DNA of 64,000 nucleotides from Escherichia coli (GTDB lineage Bacteria; Pseudomonadota; Gammaproteobacteria; Enterobacterales; Enterobacteriaceae): NCBI RefSeq assembly GCF_001677475.2, contig NZ_CP015229.1; one strand, 5' to 3'. Shown piece by piece: positions 33,537 to 47,221 of this stretch (position 1 is its first letter; each line of letters starts with the position of its first letter). The notes under the pieces were generated by a model. It saw only the letters and a program-made list of their open reading frames with translations, ran no database searches and was not told where the DNA came from. The position numbers and the translations under genes were made by a program.

Positions 33537-34769
33537 ATGTCGCTGCCGCACATCTCCCTTGCTGATGCGCGTAATCTTCACCTTGCCGCGCAAGGCCTGT
33601 TAAACAAACCCCGCCGTCGAGCATCGTTGGAGGATATTCCGGCAACGATCTCCCGCATGTCCTTGCTGCAAATCGATACCATCAATATTGTTGCCCGTAG
33701 CCCATATCTGGTGCTTTTCAGTCGTCTGGGAAATTATCCTGCGCAGTGGCTGGATGAGTCTCTGGCGCGTGGTGAATTAATGGAATACTGGGCGCATGAA
33801 CCCTGCTTTATGCCGCGTAGCGACTTTCGTCTTATTCGCCACCGCATGCTGGCACCTGAAAAAATGGGCTGGAAATACAAAAACGCCTGGATGCAGGAAC
33901 ATGCGGCGGAAATTGCACAGTTAATTCAGCATATTCATGATAAGGGGCCGGTACGTTCAGCCGATTTTGAGCATCCTCGTAAAGGTGCAAGCGGCTGGTG
34001 GGAGTGGAAGCCGCATAAACGGCATCTGGAAGGTTTATTTACAGCCGGGAAAGTGATGGTGATTGAACGGCGCAACTTCCAGCGCGTTTATGATTTAACC
34101 CATCGTGTCATGCCTGACTGGGATGATGAGCGCGATCTCGTTTCGCAAACAGAAGCAGAAATCATCATGCTGGATAACAGTGCGCGTAGCCTGGGCATAT
34201 TCCGCGAACAGTGGCTGGCAGATTACTATCGGCTGAAACGTCCGGCACTGGCGGTTTGGCGCGAAGCGAGGGCTGAACAGCAGCAAATCATTGCTGTGCA
34301 TGTTGAAAAATTGGGCAATCTTTGGCTGCATGCTGATTTGCTGCCGCTACTCGAGCGTGCGCTGGCCGGAAAGCTCACTGCAACGCACAGCGCGGTACTT
34401 TCGCCTTTTGATCCTGTTGTCTGGGATCGCAAACGCGCAGAGCAGCTTTTTGATTTTAGCTACCGGCTGGAGTGCTATACCCCAGCGCCGAAACGCCAGT
34501 ATGGCTATTTTGTTCTGCCGTTATTACATCGTGGGCAATTAGTTGGGCGAATGGATGCCAAAATGCATCGCCAGACAGGCATCCTTGAAGTTATCTCTCT
34601 GTGGTTACAAGAAGGCATTAAACCAACGACAACGCTGCAAAAAGGGTTACGTCAGGCGATTACTGATTTCGCTAACTGGCAGCAGGCAACGCGGGTGACA
34701 TTAGGACGCTGCCCGCAAGGCCTCTTTACTGATTGCCGCACCGGCTGGGAAATAGACCCCGTCGCATAA
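33537..34769 (+). CDS. ycaQ: Winged-helix DNA-binding protein YcaQ (410 aa)
   Basis: ORF and synteny; no specific motif assigned. Confidence 0.85.
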   Translation: MSLPHISLADARNLHLAAQGLLNKPRRRASLEDIPATISRMSLLQIDTINIVARSPYLVLFSRLGNYPAQWLDESLARGELMEYWAHEPCFMPRSDFRLIRHRMLAPEKMGWKYKNAWMQEHAAEIAQLIQHIHDKGPVRSADFEHPRKGASGWWEWKPHKRHLEGLFTAGKVMVIERRNFQRVYDLTHRVMPDWDDERDLVSQTEAEIIMLDNSARSLGIFREQWLADYYRLKRPALAVWREARAEQQQIIAVHVEKLGNLWLHADLLPLLERALAGKLTATHSAVLSPFDPVVWDRKRAEQLFDFSYRLECYTPAPKRQYGYFVLPLLHRGQLVGRMDAKMHRQTGILEVISLWLQEGIKPTTTLQKGLRQAITDFANWQQATRVTLGRCPQGLFTDCRTGWEIDPVA

Positions 34770-34820
34770 ATGATTATGATAAGATTTATGCATTCATAAC
34801 CCGATCCATCTGGAGGAACT

Positions 34821-35746
<926 letters not shown>

Positions 35747-35899
35747 TTTCACTTCACGACACTCCAGCCAATTTTGGGAGGAGTGTCGTACCGTTACGAT
35801 TTTCCTCAATTTTTCTTTTCAACAATTGATCTCATTCAGGTGACATCTTTTATATTGGCGCTCATTATGAAAGCAGTAGCTTTTATGAGGGTAATCTGA

Positions 35900-36793
35900 A
35901 TGGAACAGCTGCGTGCCGAATTAAGCCATTTACTGGGCGAAAAACTCAGTCGTATTGAGTGCGTCAATGAAAAAGCGGATACGGCGTTGTGGGCTTTGTA
36001 TGACAGCCAGGGAAACCCAATGCCGTTAATGGCAAGAAGCTTTAGTACGCCCGGAAAAGCCCGACAACTGGCATGGAAAACCACCATGCTGGCAAGAAGT
36101 GGGACTGTCCGTATGCCGACTATTTATGGTGTGATGACGCATGAAGAACACCCCGGCCCCGATGTCCTGCTACTGGAGCGGATGCGTGGTGTTTCGGTGG
36201 AGGCACCAGCCCGAACACCAGAACGCTGGGAACAACTCAAAGATCAAATCGTTGAAGCCTTACTGGCCTGGCACCGTCAGGACAGTCGCGGTTGCGTCGG
36301 CGCGGTCGACAATACTCAGGAAAATTTCTGGCCCTCATGGTACCGGCAACATGTTGAAGTGCTATGGACCACGCTCAATCAGTTCAATAACACCGGTCTA
36401 ACGATGCAGGATAAGCGGATCCTGTTTCGTACTCGCGAATGTCTCCCGGCATTATTTGAAGGCTTTAACGACAATTGTGTGCTGATTCACGGTAACTTCT
36501 GTTTACGCAGCATGCTGAAAGATTCGCGCAGCGATCAGTTACTGGCGATGGTCGGGCCGGGACTAATGCTTTGGGCACCGCGAGAATACGAACTGTTCCG
36601 ACTAATGGATAATTCTCTGGCGGAAGATTTGCTCTGGAGTTACCTGCAACGCGCGCCAGTGGCGGAGTCATTCATCTGGCGGCGTTGGTTGTATGTGTTA
36701 TGGGATGAAGTTGCGCAACTGGTTAATACCGGACGATTTAGTCGGCGCAACTTCGATCTGGCATCAAAATCACTCTTGCCGTGGCTCGCCTGA
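35900..36793 (+). CDS. ycbJ: Kinase-like protein YcbJ (297 aa)
   Basis: ORF and synteny. Confidence 0.8.
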   Translation: MEQLRAELSHLLGEKLSRIECVNEKADTALWALYDSQGNPMPLMARSFSTPGKARQLAWKTTMLARSGTVRMPTIYGVMTHEEHPGPDVLLLERMRGVSVEAPARTPERWEQLKDQIVEALLAWHRQDSRGCVGAVDNTQENFWPSWYRQHVEVLWTTLNQFNNTGLTMQDKRILFRTRECLPALFEGFNDNCVLIHGNFCLRSMLKDSRSDQLLAMVGPGLMLWAPREYELFRLMDNSLAEDLLWSYLQRAPVAESFIWRRWLYVLWDEVAQLVNTGRFSRRNFDLASKSLLPWLA

Positions 36794-37549
36794 CGAACCT
36801 TTTAGCCACTGCCAGATGCGGCCAAGCGTTTCATAGCCAACACGATCGCTATGCATCAACCAAACCGGAGAAGGGATTGCCCGTTCCCACGGATTAAGCG
36901 GCGAGTTGATGGCCAACTGATTCGCCGGGGCTGGCAGCGGATTTAGCCCTTCCTGCTGAAAAAAGATCATCGCCCGCGGCAGATGTGATGCGGAGGTCAC
37001 CAGCAGGAAAGGGGCGTCACCAATTGCCTGTTTCACTGCCGCAGCTTCTTCTTCGGTATCTTTTGGCAAATCCAGAGTGATAATTTGCTCGCGCGGCACG
37101 CCCAGCGATTGCGCAACTCGGGCACCTACTTCGGCTGTACTCACCGTATTGGTTTTTGCTACGCCTCCCGTGAAGATCAGTTTTGATCCCGGATTTTCGC
37201 GCCATAAGCGAATACCTTCATTCAGGCGGGGCAGACTGTTATTGATTAAATTCGAGCTTGGTGCCCACTGCGGGTTCCAGGTATAACCACCTCCGAGCAC
37301 CACGATATAGTCCACTTTTTGCGAATTATTCCATGTCGGATAGGTGCTTTCGATGGGACGCAGCAGGCGGTCGGCTACCGGTTGCAAACTCAATAACAAG
37401 AGTGCCAGCCACCCAATGCTAATAAAAATCTTCCCGGTTTTTTGAAAACGGCTAAACCACAGCAGCGCCAGGCCAGCGCCAATAATCAACAACATCAGCG
37501 GAAGTGGCAGCAACATATTGCCAATCACTTTTTTCAGTGTAAAAAGCAT
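36770..37549 (-). CDS. elyC: DUF218 envelope biogenesis protein ElyC/YcbC (259 aa)
   Basis: N-terminal TM then DUF218-like domain; convergent 3' overlap with ycbJ. Confidence 0.8.
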   Translation of the reverse strand: MLFTLKKVIGNMLLPLPLMLLIIGAGLALLWFSRFQKTGKIFISIGWLALLLLSLQPVADRLLRPIESTYPTWNNSQKVDYIVVLGGGYTWNPQWAPSSNLINNSLPRLNEGIRLWRENPGSKLIFTGGVAKTNTVSTAEVGARVAQSLGVPREQIITLDLPKDTEEEAAAVKQAIGDAPFLLVTSASHLPRAMIFFQQEGLNPLPAPANQLAINSPLNPWERAIPSPVWLMHSDRVGYETLGRIWQWLKGSSGEPRQE

Positions 37550-37684
37550 CCTTTCTGGTTCCTTTTTTAACCATATAGCAAGGGATCGCCAGCGATATTA
37601 CACCAGACGGGTTCATTCTCGCCGTGGCTGTGACAAAATAGCGTCTTTATCAGAAAACGTCTTAGCCAACCGGTGGAGAAAGCA

Positions 37685-38470
37685 ATGCAGGATCGCAATT
37701 TTGATGATATTGCGGAAAAGTTTTCCCGTAACATTTACGGCACCACCAAAGGGCAGCTTCGACAGGCTATTCTGTGGCAGGATCTCGATCGCGTGCTGGC
37801 GGAAATGGGCCCGCAAAAACTGCGTGTGCTGGATGCTGGCGGTGGAGAAGGGCAGACCGCAATCAAAATGGCTGAGCGCGGGCATCAGGTCATTTTATGC
37901 GATCTTTCTGCGCAGATGATCGACCGCGCAAAACAGGCGGCAGAAGCAAAAGGTGTGAGCGACAACATGCAATTTATACATTGCGCCGCTCAGGATGTTG
38001 CTTCGCATTTGGAAACGCCCGTTGATCTGATATTGTTCCATGCGGTGCTCGAGTGGGTGGCCGATCCCCGCAGCGTATTACAGACCCTGTGGTCAGTGTT
38101 GCGTCCAGGCGGTGTGTTGTCGTTAATGTTCTACAATGCGCACGGCTTGCTGATGCATAACATGGTCGCCGGGAATTTTGATTACGTGCAGGCGGGAATG
38201 CCGAAAAAGAAAAAACGGACGCTTTCGCCAGATTATCCACGCGACCCGGCGCAGGTTTATCTGTGGCTGGAAGAAGCTGGTTGGCAAATTATGGGTAAGA
38301 CAGGCGTTCGCGTGTTTCATGATTATCTGCGCGAGAAGCACCAGCAGCGCGACTGCTATGAAGCATTACTTGAATTAGAAACGCGTTATTGCCGTCAGGA
38401 ACCGTATATTACCCTGGGGCGTTATATTCATGTCACCGCGCGCAAACCGCAGAGCAAGGATAAAGTATGA
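37685..38470 (+). CDS. cmoM: SAM-dependent tRNA methyltransferase CmoM/SmtA
   Basis: [10 protein letters not shown] methyltransferase motif; start [13 protein letters not shown]; 4-bp overlap with mukF. Confidence 0.85.
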
Positions 38471-39789
38471 GTGAATTTTCCCAGACAGTCCCCGAACTGG
38501 TTGCCTGGGCCAGAAAAAATGACTTCTCCATCTCGCTGCCGGTAGACCGACTCTCTTTTCTGCTGGCGGTTGCCACGCTGAACGGCGAGCGTCTGGATGG
38601 TGAGATGAGTGAAGGCGAGCTGGTGGATGCATTCCGCCATGTGAGTGATGCGTTTGAGCAAACCAGCGAAACCATCGGCGTGCGCGCCAACAACGCGATC
38701 AACGACATGGTGCGTCAACGTCTGCTGAACCGCTTTACCAGCGAGCAGGCGGAAGGGAACGCAATTTACCGTCTGACGCCGCTCGGCATCGGCATTACTG
38801 ACTACTACATCCGTCAGCGCGAGTTTTCTACGCTGCGCCTTTCTATGCAGTTGTCGATTGTGGCGGGTGAGCTCAAACGCGCAGCAGATGCCGCCGAAGA
38901 GGGCGGTGATGAATTTCACTGGCACCGTAATGTCTATGCGCCACTGAAATATTCGGTAGCAGAAATTTTTGACAGTATCGACCTGACGCAACGTCTGATG
39001 GACGAACAGCAGCAGCAGGTGAAGGACGATATCGCCCAGTTGCTGAACAAAGACTGGCGGGCGGCGATCTCCAGCTGTGAATTGTTGCTTTCGGAAACTT
39101 CCGGAACGCTGCGTGAATTGCAGGATACGCTGGAAGCGGCAGGCGACAAATTGCAGGCTAATCTGTTGCGCATTCAGGATGCGACGATGACCCATGACGA
39201 TCTGCATTTTGTCGATCGTCTGGTGTTCGATCTGCAGAGCAAACTCGACCGTATTATCAGTTGGGGCCAGCAATCCATAGACTTGTGGATTGGCTACGAC
39301 CGCCACGTACACAAATTTATCCGTACCGCAATCGATATGGATAAAAACCGCGTCTTTGCTCAGCGGTTACGTCAGTCGGTACAAACCTATTTTGATGAGC
39401 CGTGGGCGCTAACTTATGCCAATGCCGATCGTCTGCTGGATATGCGTGACGAAGAGATGGCACTGCGCGATGAAGAAGTGACTGGAGAACTTCCTGAGGA
39501 TCTGGAGTACGAAGAGTTTAACGAGATCCGCGAACAGCTGGCGGCGATCATCGAAGAACAACTCGCCGTGTACAAAACCAGACAAGTGCCGCTGGATCTT
39601 GGTCTGGTGGTACGCGAATATCTGTCACAGTATCCGCGTGCACGTCACTTTGACGTTGCGCGCATTGTTATTGATCAGGCGGTACGTCTTGGCGTAGCGC
39701 AAGCAGATTTCACCGGACTGCCAGCGAAATGGCAGCCGATTAATGATTACGGAGCCAAGGTACAGGCGCATGTCATCGACAAATATTGA
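38467..39789 (+). CDS. mukF: Condensin kleisin MukF (440 aa)
   Basis: [25 protein letters not shown]; first gene of the mukFEB array. Confidence 0.95.
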
Positions 39790-40474
39790 ACAAGTGATGC
39801 CGGTTAAGCTGGCGCAGGCGCTGGCGAATCCGTTATTTCCGGCGCTGGATAGCGCCTTACGTTCAGGCCGCCATATTGGCCTCGACGAACTGGATAATCA
39901 TGCATTCCTGATGGATTTTCAGGAATATCTGGAAGAGTTTTACGCGCGTTATAACGTTGAGCTTATTCGTGCACCGGAAGGGTTCTTCTATTTACGCCCA
40001 CGTTCCACCACTCTTATTCCTCGTTCCGTCTTGTCGGAACTGGATATGATGGTCGGGAAAATCCTCTGTTATCTCTATCTCAGCCCGGAACGGCTGGCGA
40101 ATGAGGGGATTTTTACTCAACAGGAACTGTACGACGAACTGCTCACCCTGGCCGATGAAGCGAAACTGCTGAAACTGGTGAACAACCGTTCAACCGGTTC
40201 AGACGTTGACCGGCAGAAGTTGCAGGAGAAAGTACGTTCTTCGCTCAACCGTCTGCGTCGTTTGGGCATGGTGTGGTTTATGGGCCACGACAGCAGCAAG
40301 TTCCGCATTACCGAATCGGTGTTCCGCTTCGGAGCCGATGTGCGTGCTGGCGACGATCCCCGTGAAGCACAGCGTCGCCTGATTCGTGATGGCGAAGCAA
40401 TGCCGATTGAAAATCATCTGCAACTCAACGATGAAACCGAAGAGAGTCAGCCAGATAGCGGAGAGGAAGAATAA
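39770..40474 (+). CDS. mukE: Condensin subunit MukE
   Basis: Start [16 protein letters not shown] chosen; ORF-track frame opens at 39743 and overlaps the mukF 3' end; acidic C-terminus. Confidence 0.88.
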
Positions 40475-43400
40475 TGATTGAACGCGGTAAATTTCGCTCA
40501 CTGACGCTGATTAACTGGAACGGTTTTTTTGCCCGAACTTTTGACCTCGATGAGCTGGTTACGACGCTCTCCGGCGGTAACGGGGCGGGTAAATCCACCA
40601 CCATGGCGGCGTTCGTTACGGCGCTGATCCCCGACCTGACCCTGCTGCATTTCCGTAACACCACGGAAGCCGGGGCCACCAGCGGTTCGCGCGATAAAGG
40701 TCTGCACGGTAAGCTGAAAGCGGGTGTCTGTTATTCGATGCTCGACACCATTAACTCGCGCCACCAGCGCGTGGTGGTCGGTGTGCGTCTGCAACAGGTT
40801 GCCGGACGCGATCGTAAAGTGGATATCAAACCGTTTGCCATTCAGGGACTGCCGATGTCGGTGCAGCCGACACAGCTGGTGACCGAAACTCTGAACGAAC
40901 GCCAGGCGCGCGTGCTGCCGCTTAACGAGCTGAAAGACAAGCTCGAGGCGATGGAAGGCGTGCAGTTTAAACAGTTCAACTCCATTACCGATTACCACTC
41001 GCTGATGTTCGATCTGGGCATCATCGCGCGTCGTCTGCGCTCCGCATCTGACCGTAGCAAATTCTATCGTCTGATCGAAGCTTCGCTGTATGGCGGGATC
41101 TCCAGTGCCATTACCCGTTCTCTGCGCGACTACCTGTTGCCGGAAAACAGCGGAGTGCGTAAAGCGTTCCAGGACATGGAAGCGGCACTGCGTGAAAATC
41201 GCATGACGCTGGAAGCGATTCGTGTCACCCAGTCGGACCGTGACCTGTTTAAGCATCTGATCAGCGAAGCCACCAACTACGTGGCGGCGGACTACATGCG
41301 TCACGCCAACGAGCGCCGTGTCCATCTCGACAAAGCCCTGGAGTTTCGTCGCGAGCTACATACTTCGCGTCAGCAACTGGCGGCTGAGCAGTACAAACAC
41401 GTCGATATGGCGCGTGAGCTGGCAGAGCACAACGGTGCCGAAGGCGATCTGGAAGCGGATTATCAGGCGGCCAGCGATCACCTGAACCTGGTGCAAACCG
41501 CACTGCGTCAGCAGGAGAAGATCGAACGCTACGAAGCGGATCTCGATGAGCTGCAGATCCGTCTGGAAGAGCAAAACGAAGTGGTGGCAGAAGCCATCGA
41601 ACGCCAGGAAGAGAATGAGGCTCGTGCGGAAGCTGCCGAACTGGAAGTGGACGAGCTGAAAAGCCAACTTGCTGACTACCAGCAGGCGCTGGACGTCCAG
41701 CAAACGCGCGCGATCCAGTATAACCAGGCGATTGCTGCGCTTAATCGTGCCAAAGAACTGTGCCATCTGCCGGACTTAACCGCCGACAGCGCCGCCGAAT
41801 GGCTGGAAACCTTCCAGGCGAAAGAGCTGGAAGCGACTGAAAAAATGCTCTCTCTTGAGCAGAAAATGAGCATGGCGCAAACCGCGCACAGCCAGTTTGA
41901 GCAGGCTTATCAGCTGGTGGTGGCAATCAACGGCCCGCTGGCGCGTAACGAGGCGTGGGATGTCGCTCGCGAACTGCTGCGCGAAGGGGTCGATCAGCGT
42001 CACCTGGCAGAGCAGGTTCAGCCGTTGCGGATGCGCTTAAGCGAACTGGAACAGCGTCTGCGCGAACAGCAAGAAGCTGAGCGTCTGCTGGCAGATTTCT
42101 GCAAACGTCAGGGCAAGAATTTTGACATTGACGAGCTGGAAGCTCTGCATCAGGAGCTGGAAGCACGCATTGCCTCTCTTTCCGATAGTGTGTCTAACGC
42201 CCGTGAAGAGCGCATGGCACTGCGCCAGGAGCAGGAACAGCTGCAGTCTCGCATTCAGAGTTTGATGCAGCGTGCACCGGTTTGGCTGGCAGCGCAAAAC
42301 AGCCTCAACCAGTTGAGCGAACAGTGCGGCGAAGAGTTCTCTTCCAGCCAGGATGTCACCGAATATCTGCAACAGTTGCTGGAGCGTGAGCGCGAAGCCA
42401 TTGTTGAACGCGATGAAGTAGGCGCGCGCAAAAACGCCGTCGATGAAGAGATCGAACGTTTAAGCCAGCCAGGTGGTTCTGAAGACCAGCGTTTGAATGC
42501 GCTGGCGGAGCGTTTTGGCGGCGTGCTGCTGTCAGAAATTTATGACGACGTTAGCCTGGAAGATGCGCCGTACTTCTCGGCGCTGTATGGCCCGTCCCGC
42601 CACGCCATCGTGGTGCCAGATCTGTCACAGGTAACCGAACACCTGGAAGGTTTGACCGATTGCCCGGAAGATCTCTATCTGATCGAAGGGGATCCGCAGT
42701 CATTCGATGACAGCGTGTTCAGCGTTGATGAGCTGGAAAAAGCGGTGGTGGTGAAAATCGCCGATCGTCAGTGGCGTTACTCACGTTTTCCGGAAGTGCC
42801 GCTGTTTGGACGCGCGGCGCGCGAAAGCCGCATCGAAAGCCTCCATGCCGAGCGTGAAGTGCTTTCCGAACGCTTCGCCACGCTCTCCTTTGATGTACAG
42901 AAAACCCAGCGTCTGCATCAGGCGTTCAGCCGCTTTATCGGCAGCCATCTGGCGGTGGCGTTTGAGTCTGATCCGGAAGCCGAAATCCGTCAACTGAACA
43001 GCCGTCGCGTCGAACTGGAGCGGGCGTTGAGTAATCATGAAAATGATAACCAGCAGCAGCGTATTCAGTTTGAGCAGGCGAAAGAGGGTGTTACGGCGCT
43101 GAACCGCATTCTGCCGCGTCTCAACCTGTTGGCTGATGATAGCCTGGCAGATCGCGTCGATGAAATCCGCGAACGTCTGGATGAAGCCCAGGAAGCCGCG
43201 CGTTTTGTTCAGCAGTTTGGCAATCAACTGGCGAAACTGGAACCGATCGTTTCGGTATTGCAGAGCGACCCGGAACAGTTCGAACAGTTAAAAGAAGATT
43301 ACGCGTACTCTCAGCAGATGCAGCGCGATGCCCGTCAGCAGGCGTTTGCCCTGACGGAAGTGGTGCAGCGTCGTGCGCACTTTAGCTACTCTGACTCGGC

Positions 43401-44934
43401 AGAAATGCTTAGCGGTAACAGCGATCTCAACGAAAAACTGCGTGAACGTCTGGAACAGGCGGAAGCGGAGCGTACCCGCGCGCGTGAAGCGTTGCGCGGA
43501 CACGCAGCGCAGTTGAGTCAGTACAACCAGGTGCTGGCTTCGCTGAAAAGTTCTTACGACACCAAAAAAGAGCTACTCAACGATCTGCAACGTGAATTGC
43601 AGGATATCGGCGTGCGTGCTGATAGCGGGGCAGAAGAGCGGGCGCGTATTCGCCGTGACGAGTTGCACGCGCAACTGAGCAATAACCGTTCACGCCGCAA
43701 TCAACTGGAAAAAGCGCTTACCTTCTGCGAAGCAGAGATGGACAACCTGACCCGCAAACTGCGCAAGCTGGAGCGGGATTACTTTGAGATGCGCGAGCAG
43801 GTAGTGACCGCGAAAGCGGGCTGGTGTGCAGTCATGCGCATGGTGAAAGATAACGGCGTTGAGCGCCGCTTACACCGTCGTGAGCTGGCTTATCTCTCCG
43901 CTGATGATTTGCGTTCCATGTCGGATAAGGCGTTAGGTGCGCTGCGTCTGGCAGTGGCAGATAACGAACATCTGCGCGATGTGCTGCGCATGTCGGAAGA
44001 TCCAAAACGTCCGGAACGTAAAATTCAGTTCTTCGTGGCGGTTTATCAGCATCTGCGTGAACGTATTCGTCAGGATATTATTCGTACCGATGATCCGGTG
44101 GAAGCTATCGAACAGATGGAGATCGAACTTAGCCGTCTGACCGAAGAGTTAACCTCCCGCGAACAGAAACTGGCGATCAGTTCCCGCAGCGTGGCGAACA
44201 TCATTCGCAAAACCATTCAACGCGAGCAGAACCGTATCCGTATGCTCAACCAGGGCTTGCAGAACGTATCGTTTGGTCAGGTGAACAGCGTGCGCCTCAA
44301 CGTGAACGTGCGTGAAACGCACGCCATGCTGCTGGATGTACTCTCTGAACAGCATGAGCAGCATCAGGATCTGTTTAACAGCAACCGTCTGACCTTCTCG
44401 GAAGCGCTGGCGAAATTGTATCAGCGTCTTAATCCGCAGATTGATATGGGGCAGCGCACGCCGCAGACCATTGGCGAAGAACTGCTGGATTACCGCAACT
44501 ATCTGGAAATGGAAGTTGAGGTTAACCGTGGTTCCGATGGCTGGCTGCGCGCAGAATCTGGCGCTCTGTCGACCGGTGAGGCGATTGGTACCGGTATGTC
44601 GATTCTGGTGATGGTGGTACAAAGCTGGGAAGATGAATCTCGCCGCCTGCGCGGTAAAGATATCTCTCCTTGCCGCCTGCTGTTCCTCGATGAAGCAGCG
44701 CGACTGGATGCTCGTTCTATCGCCACGCTGTTTGAATTGTGTGAACGTTTGCAAATGCAGCTCATCATCGCAGCGCCGGAAAATATCAGTCCGGAAAAAG
44801 GCACCACCTATAAACTGGTGCGTAAAGTCTTCCAGAATACCGAACACGTTCACGTCGTCGGCCTGCGAGGATTTGCGCCGCAACTCCCTGAAACGCTTCC
44901 AGGAAGTGACGAAGCGCCTTCCCAGGCGAGTTAA
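40474..44934 (+). CDS. mukB: Condensin SMC-like ATPase MukB (1486 aa)
   Basis: Walker [10 protein letters not shown]; long coiled coils; C-terminal [11 protein letters not shown]. Confidence 0.97.
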   Translation: MIERGKFRSLTLINWNGFFARTFDLDELVTTLSGGNGAGKSTTMAAFVTALIPDLTLLHFRNTTEAGATSGSRDKGLHGKLKAGVCYSMLDTINSRHQRVVVGVRLQQVAGRDRKVDIKPFAIQGLPMSVQPTQLVTETLNERQARVLPLNELKDKLEAMEGVQFKQFNSITDYHSLMFDLGIIARRLRSASDRSKFYRLIEASLYGGISSAITRSLRDYLLPENSGVRKAFQDMEAALRENRMTLEAIRVTQSDRDLFKHLISEATNYVAADYMRHANERRVHLDKALEFRRELHTSRQQLAAEQYKHVDMARELAEHNGAEGDLEADYQAASDHLNLVQTALRQQEKIERYEADLDELQIRLEEQNEVVAEAIERQEENEARAEAAELEVDELKSQLADYQQALDVQQTRAIQYNQAIAALNRAKELCHLPDLTADSAAEWLETFQAKELEATEKMLSLEQKMSMAQTAHSQFEQAYQLVVAINGPLARNEAWDVARELLREGVDQRHLAEQVQPLRMRLSELEQRLREQQEAERLLADFCKRQGKNFDIDELEALHQELEARIASLSDSVSNAREERMALRQEQEQLQSRIQSLMQRAPVWLAAQNSLNQLSEQCGEEFSSSQDVTEYLQQLLEREREAIVERDEVGARKNAVDEEIERLSQPGGSEDQRLNALAERFGGVLLSEIYDDVSLEDAPYFSALYGPSRHAIVVPDLSQVTEHLEGLTDCPEDLYLIEGDPQSFDDSVFSVDELEKAVVVKIADRQWRYSRFPEVPLFGRAARESRIESLHAEREVLSERFATLSFDVQKTQRLHQAFSRFIGSHLAVAFESDPEAEIRQLNSRRVELERALSNHENDNQQQRIQFEQAKEGVTALNRILPRLNLLADDSLADRVDEIRERLDEAQEAARFVQQFGNQLAKLEPIVSVLQSDPEQFEQLKEDYAYSQQMQRDARQQAFALTEVVQRRAHFSYSDSAEMLSGNSDLNEKLRERLEQAEAERTRAREALRGHAAQLSQYNQVLASLKSSYDTKKELLNDLQRELQDIGVRADSGAEERARIRRDELHAQLSNNRSRRNQLEKALTFCEAEMDNLTRKLRKLERDYFEMREQVVTAKAGWCAVMRMVKDNGVERRLHRRELAYLSADDLRSMSDKALGALRLAVADNEHLRDVLRMSEDPKRPERKIQFFVAVYQHLRERIRQDIIRTDDPVEAIEQMEIELSRLTEELTSREQKLAISSRSVANIIRKTIQREQNRIRMLNQGLQNVSFGQVNSVRLNVNVRETHAMLLDVLSEQHEQHQDLFNSNRLTFSEALAKLYQRLNPQIDMGQRTPQTIGEELLDYRNYLEMEVEVNRGSDGWLRAESGALSTGEAIGTGMSILVMVVQSWEDESRRLRGKDISPCRLLFLDEAARLDARSIATLFELCERLQMQLIIAAPENISPEKGTTYKLVRKVFQNTEHVHVVGLRGFAPQLPETLPGSDEAPSQAS

Positions 44935-44938
44935 AATG

Positions 44939-44968
44939 AAGGCGGCAGCAATGCCGCCTTTTCTTTTT
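44939..44968 (+). terminator. mukB rho-independent terminator
   Basis: AAGGCGGCA-GCAA-TGCCGCCTT followed by TTCTTTTT. Confidence 0.55.
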
Positions 44969-45194
44969 CCGAAAACTCCGTTTCTGCACTAAAAAAGTGG
45001 CACATTACGGCGCGCTTTTCTTTAAACTTCTTTACATTAGGTTATGTAAAAACGTATCGGCGTTTATATACTGAAGATAAGCCTGATGAGTAACAGGCTT
45101 GCTCGTCATACTTTCGTGAGTATTGGCGTTGTACAGGCAAGTCGTAAAATAACAGCCTGGCTATTCAGAGTATGATAAAAACAGGGGGCAAGGG

Positions 45195-47041
45195 ATGTTG
45201 CTTAATATGATGTGTGGTCGTCGGCTGTCGGCAATCAGTTTGTGCCTGGCCGTAACATTCGCTCCACTGTTCAATGCGCAGGCCGATGAGCCTGAAGTAA
45301 TCCCTGGCGACAGCCCGGTGGCTGTCAGTGAACAGGGCGAGGCACTGCCGCAGGCGCAAGCCACGGCAATTATGGCGGGGATCCAGCCATTGCCTGAAGG
45401 TGCGGCAGAAAAAGCCCGCACGCAAATCGAATCTCAATTACCCGCAGGTTATAAGCCGGTTTATCTTAACCAGCTTCAACTGTTGTATGCCGCACGCGAT
45501 ATGCAACCCATGTGGGAAAACCGTGATGCTGTTAAAGCCTTCCAGCAACAGCTGGCAGAGGTGGCGATTGCCGGTTTCCAGCCGCAGTTTAATAAATGGG
45601 TAGAGTTACTGACCGATCCTGGTGTTAACGGGATGGCACGCGACGTGGTGCTCTCTGATGCAATGATGGGCTATCTCCATTTCATTGCAAATATTCCGGT
45701 CAAAGGCACTCGCTGGCTATATAGCAGTAAACCTTACGCGCTTTCAACGCCGCCGCTCTCGGTGATTAACCAATGGCAACTGGCGCTGGATAAAGGTCAA
45801 TTGCCGACGTTTGTTGCAGGTCTGGCACCGCAGCATCCGCAATATGCAGCGATGCATGAATCGTTACTGGCCTTACTCAGTGACACCAAACCGTGGCCCC
45901 AACTGACCGGCAAAGCAACGTTGCGCCCAGGGCAGTGGAGTAACGACGTACCGGCGTTGCGCGAAATATTGCAACGCACAGGCATGTTGGACGGGGGCCG
46001 AAAATTACGCTGCCTGGCGATGACACGCCAACTGACGCGGTAGTCAGCCCATCCGCTGTTACTGTTGAAACAGCAGAAACTAAGCCGATGGACAAGCAAA
46101 CGACGTCTCGTAGTAAACCTGCGCCTGCCGTTCGTGCTGCCTACGATAATGAACTGGTGGAAGCCGTTAAACGTTTTCAGGCATGGCAAGGATTGGGGGC
46201 AGATGGTGCTATTGGCCCGGCAACGAGGGACTGGTTAAACGTAACGCCCGCCCAGCGTGCAGGCGTGTTGGCACTCAACATCCAGCGATTGCGCTTGCTG
46301 CCAACAGAGCTTTCTACCGGGATCATGGTTAACATTCCGGCCTATTCGCTGGTTTATTATCAGAACGGCAATCAGGTACTGGATTCGCGAGTCATTGTCG
46401 GTCGCCCCGATCGCAAAACGCCGATGATGAGCAGTGCCCTTAACAACGTAGTGGTAAACCCGCCGTGGAACGTACCACCAACTCTGGCACGCAAAGATAT
46501 TCTGCCGAAAGTGCGCAACGATCCGGGATATCTCGAAAGCCATGGCTATACGGTGATGCGCGGCTGGAACAGCAGAGAAGCGATTGACCCATGGCAGGTT
46601 GACTGGTCTACAATCACGGCCTCGAATTTACCGTTCCGCTTCCAGCAGGCTCCAGGCCCACGGAACTCGCTGGGTCGCTATAAATTCAATATGCCGAGTT
46701 CAGAGGCCATTTATTTGCATGACACGCCGAACCACAATCTGTTCAAGCGTGATACACGCGCATTGAGCTCAGGCTGTGTACGAGTGAATAAAGCTTCCGA
46801 TCTGGCGAATATGCTGTTGCAGGATGCAGGCTGGAATGACAAACGTATTTCTGATGCGCTGAAGCAGGGTGATACACGTTACGTCAATATTCGGCAGTCG
46901 ATTCCGGTGAATCTCTACTACCTGACGGCCTTTGTTGGTGCAGATGGTCGTACCCAGTATCGTACAGATATTTACAATTATGATCTGCCTGCGCGATCCA
47001 GCTCGCAAATCGTATCGAAAGCGGAACAATTAATCAGGTAA
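45195..47041 (+). pseudogene. ldtD: L,D-transpeptidase LdtD/YcbB split by a -1 frameshift into two ORFs
   Basis: Two adjacent same-strand ORFs (45195..46043, 46088..47041) in frames differing by -1 together cover one protein: signal peptide in the first, PG-binding and YkuD catalytic domain (SSGCVRV) in the second. Frames switch at the G5C2 tract 45992-45998. Confidence 0.7.
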
Positions 47042-47221
47042 ATGAAGTAGTTCGGGGAAATCAGTTGTCGTAATAATTAGCATGATTGGGGGCGATTCTC
47101 TGCAGCCCCCGTCACTGCTGGGGTTGAGTCATCTTGACGTCTGCTTTACGGGCGGTTAAGGTGCCTCTTGTGCGCCAGAAGTGCATATAAACGATAACAT
47201 TGACCTGTAGACTTGATTATC

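Noticed and set aside
38428-39312. 294-aa minus-strand ORF overlapping the cmoM–mukF junction
   Set aside because: Antisense to mukF, whose identity is clear; no independent support.
40498-44883. Several 100–275 aa minus-strand ORFs within mukB
   Set aside because: All lie antisense within the 1486-aa mukB reading frame; the repetitive coiled-coil coding sequence generates open reverse frames.
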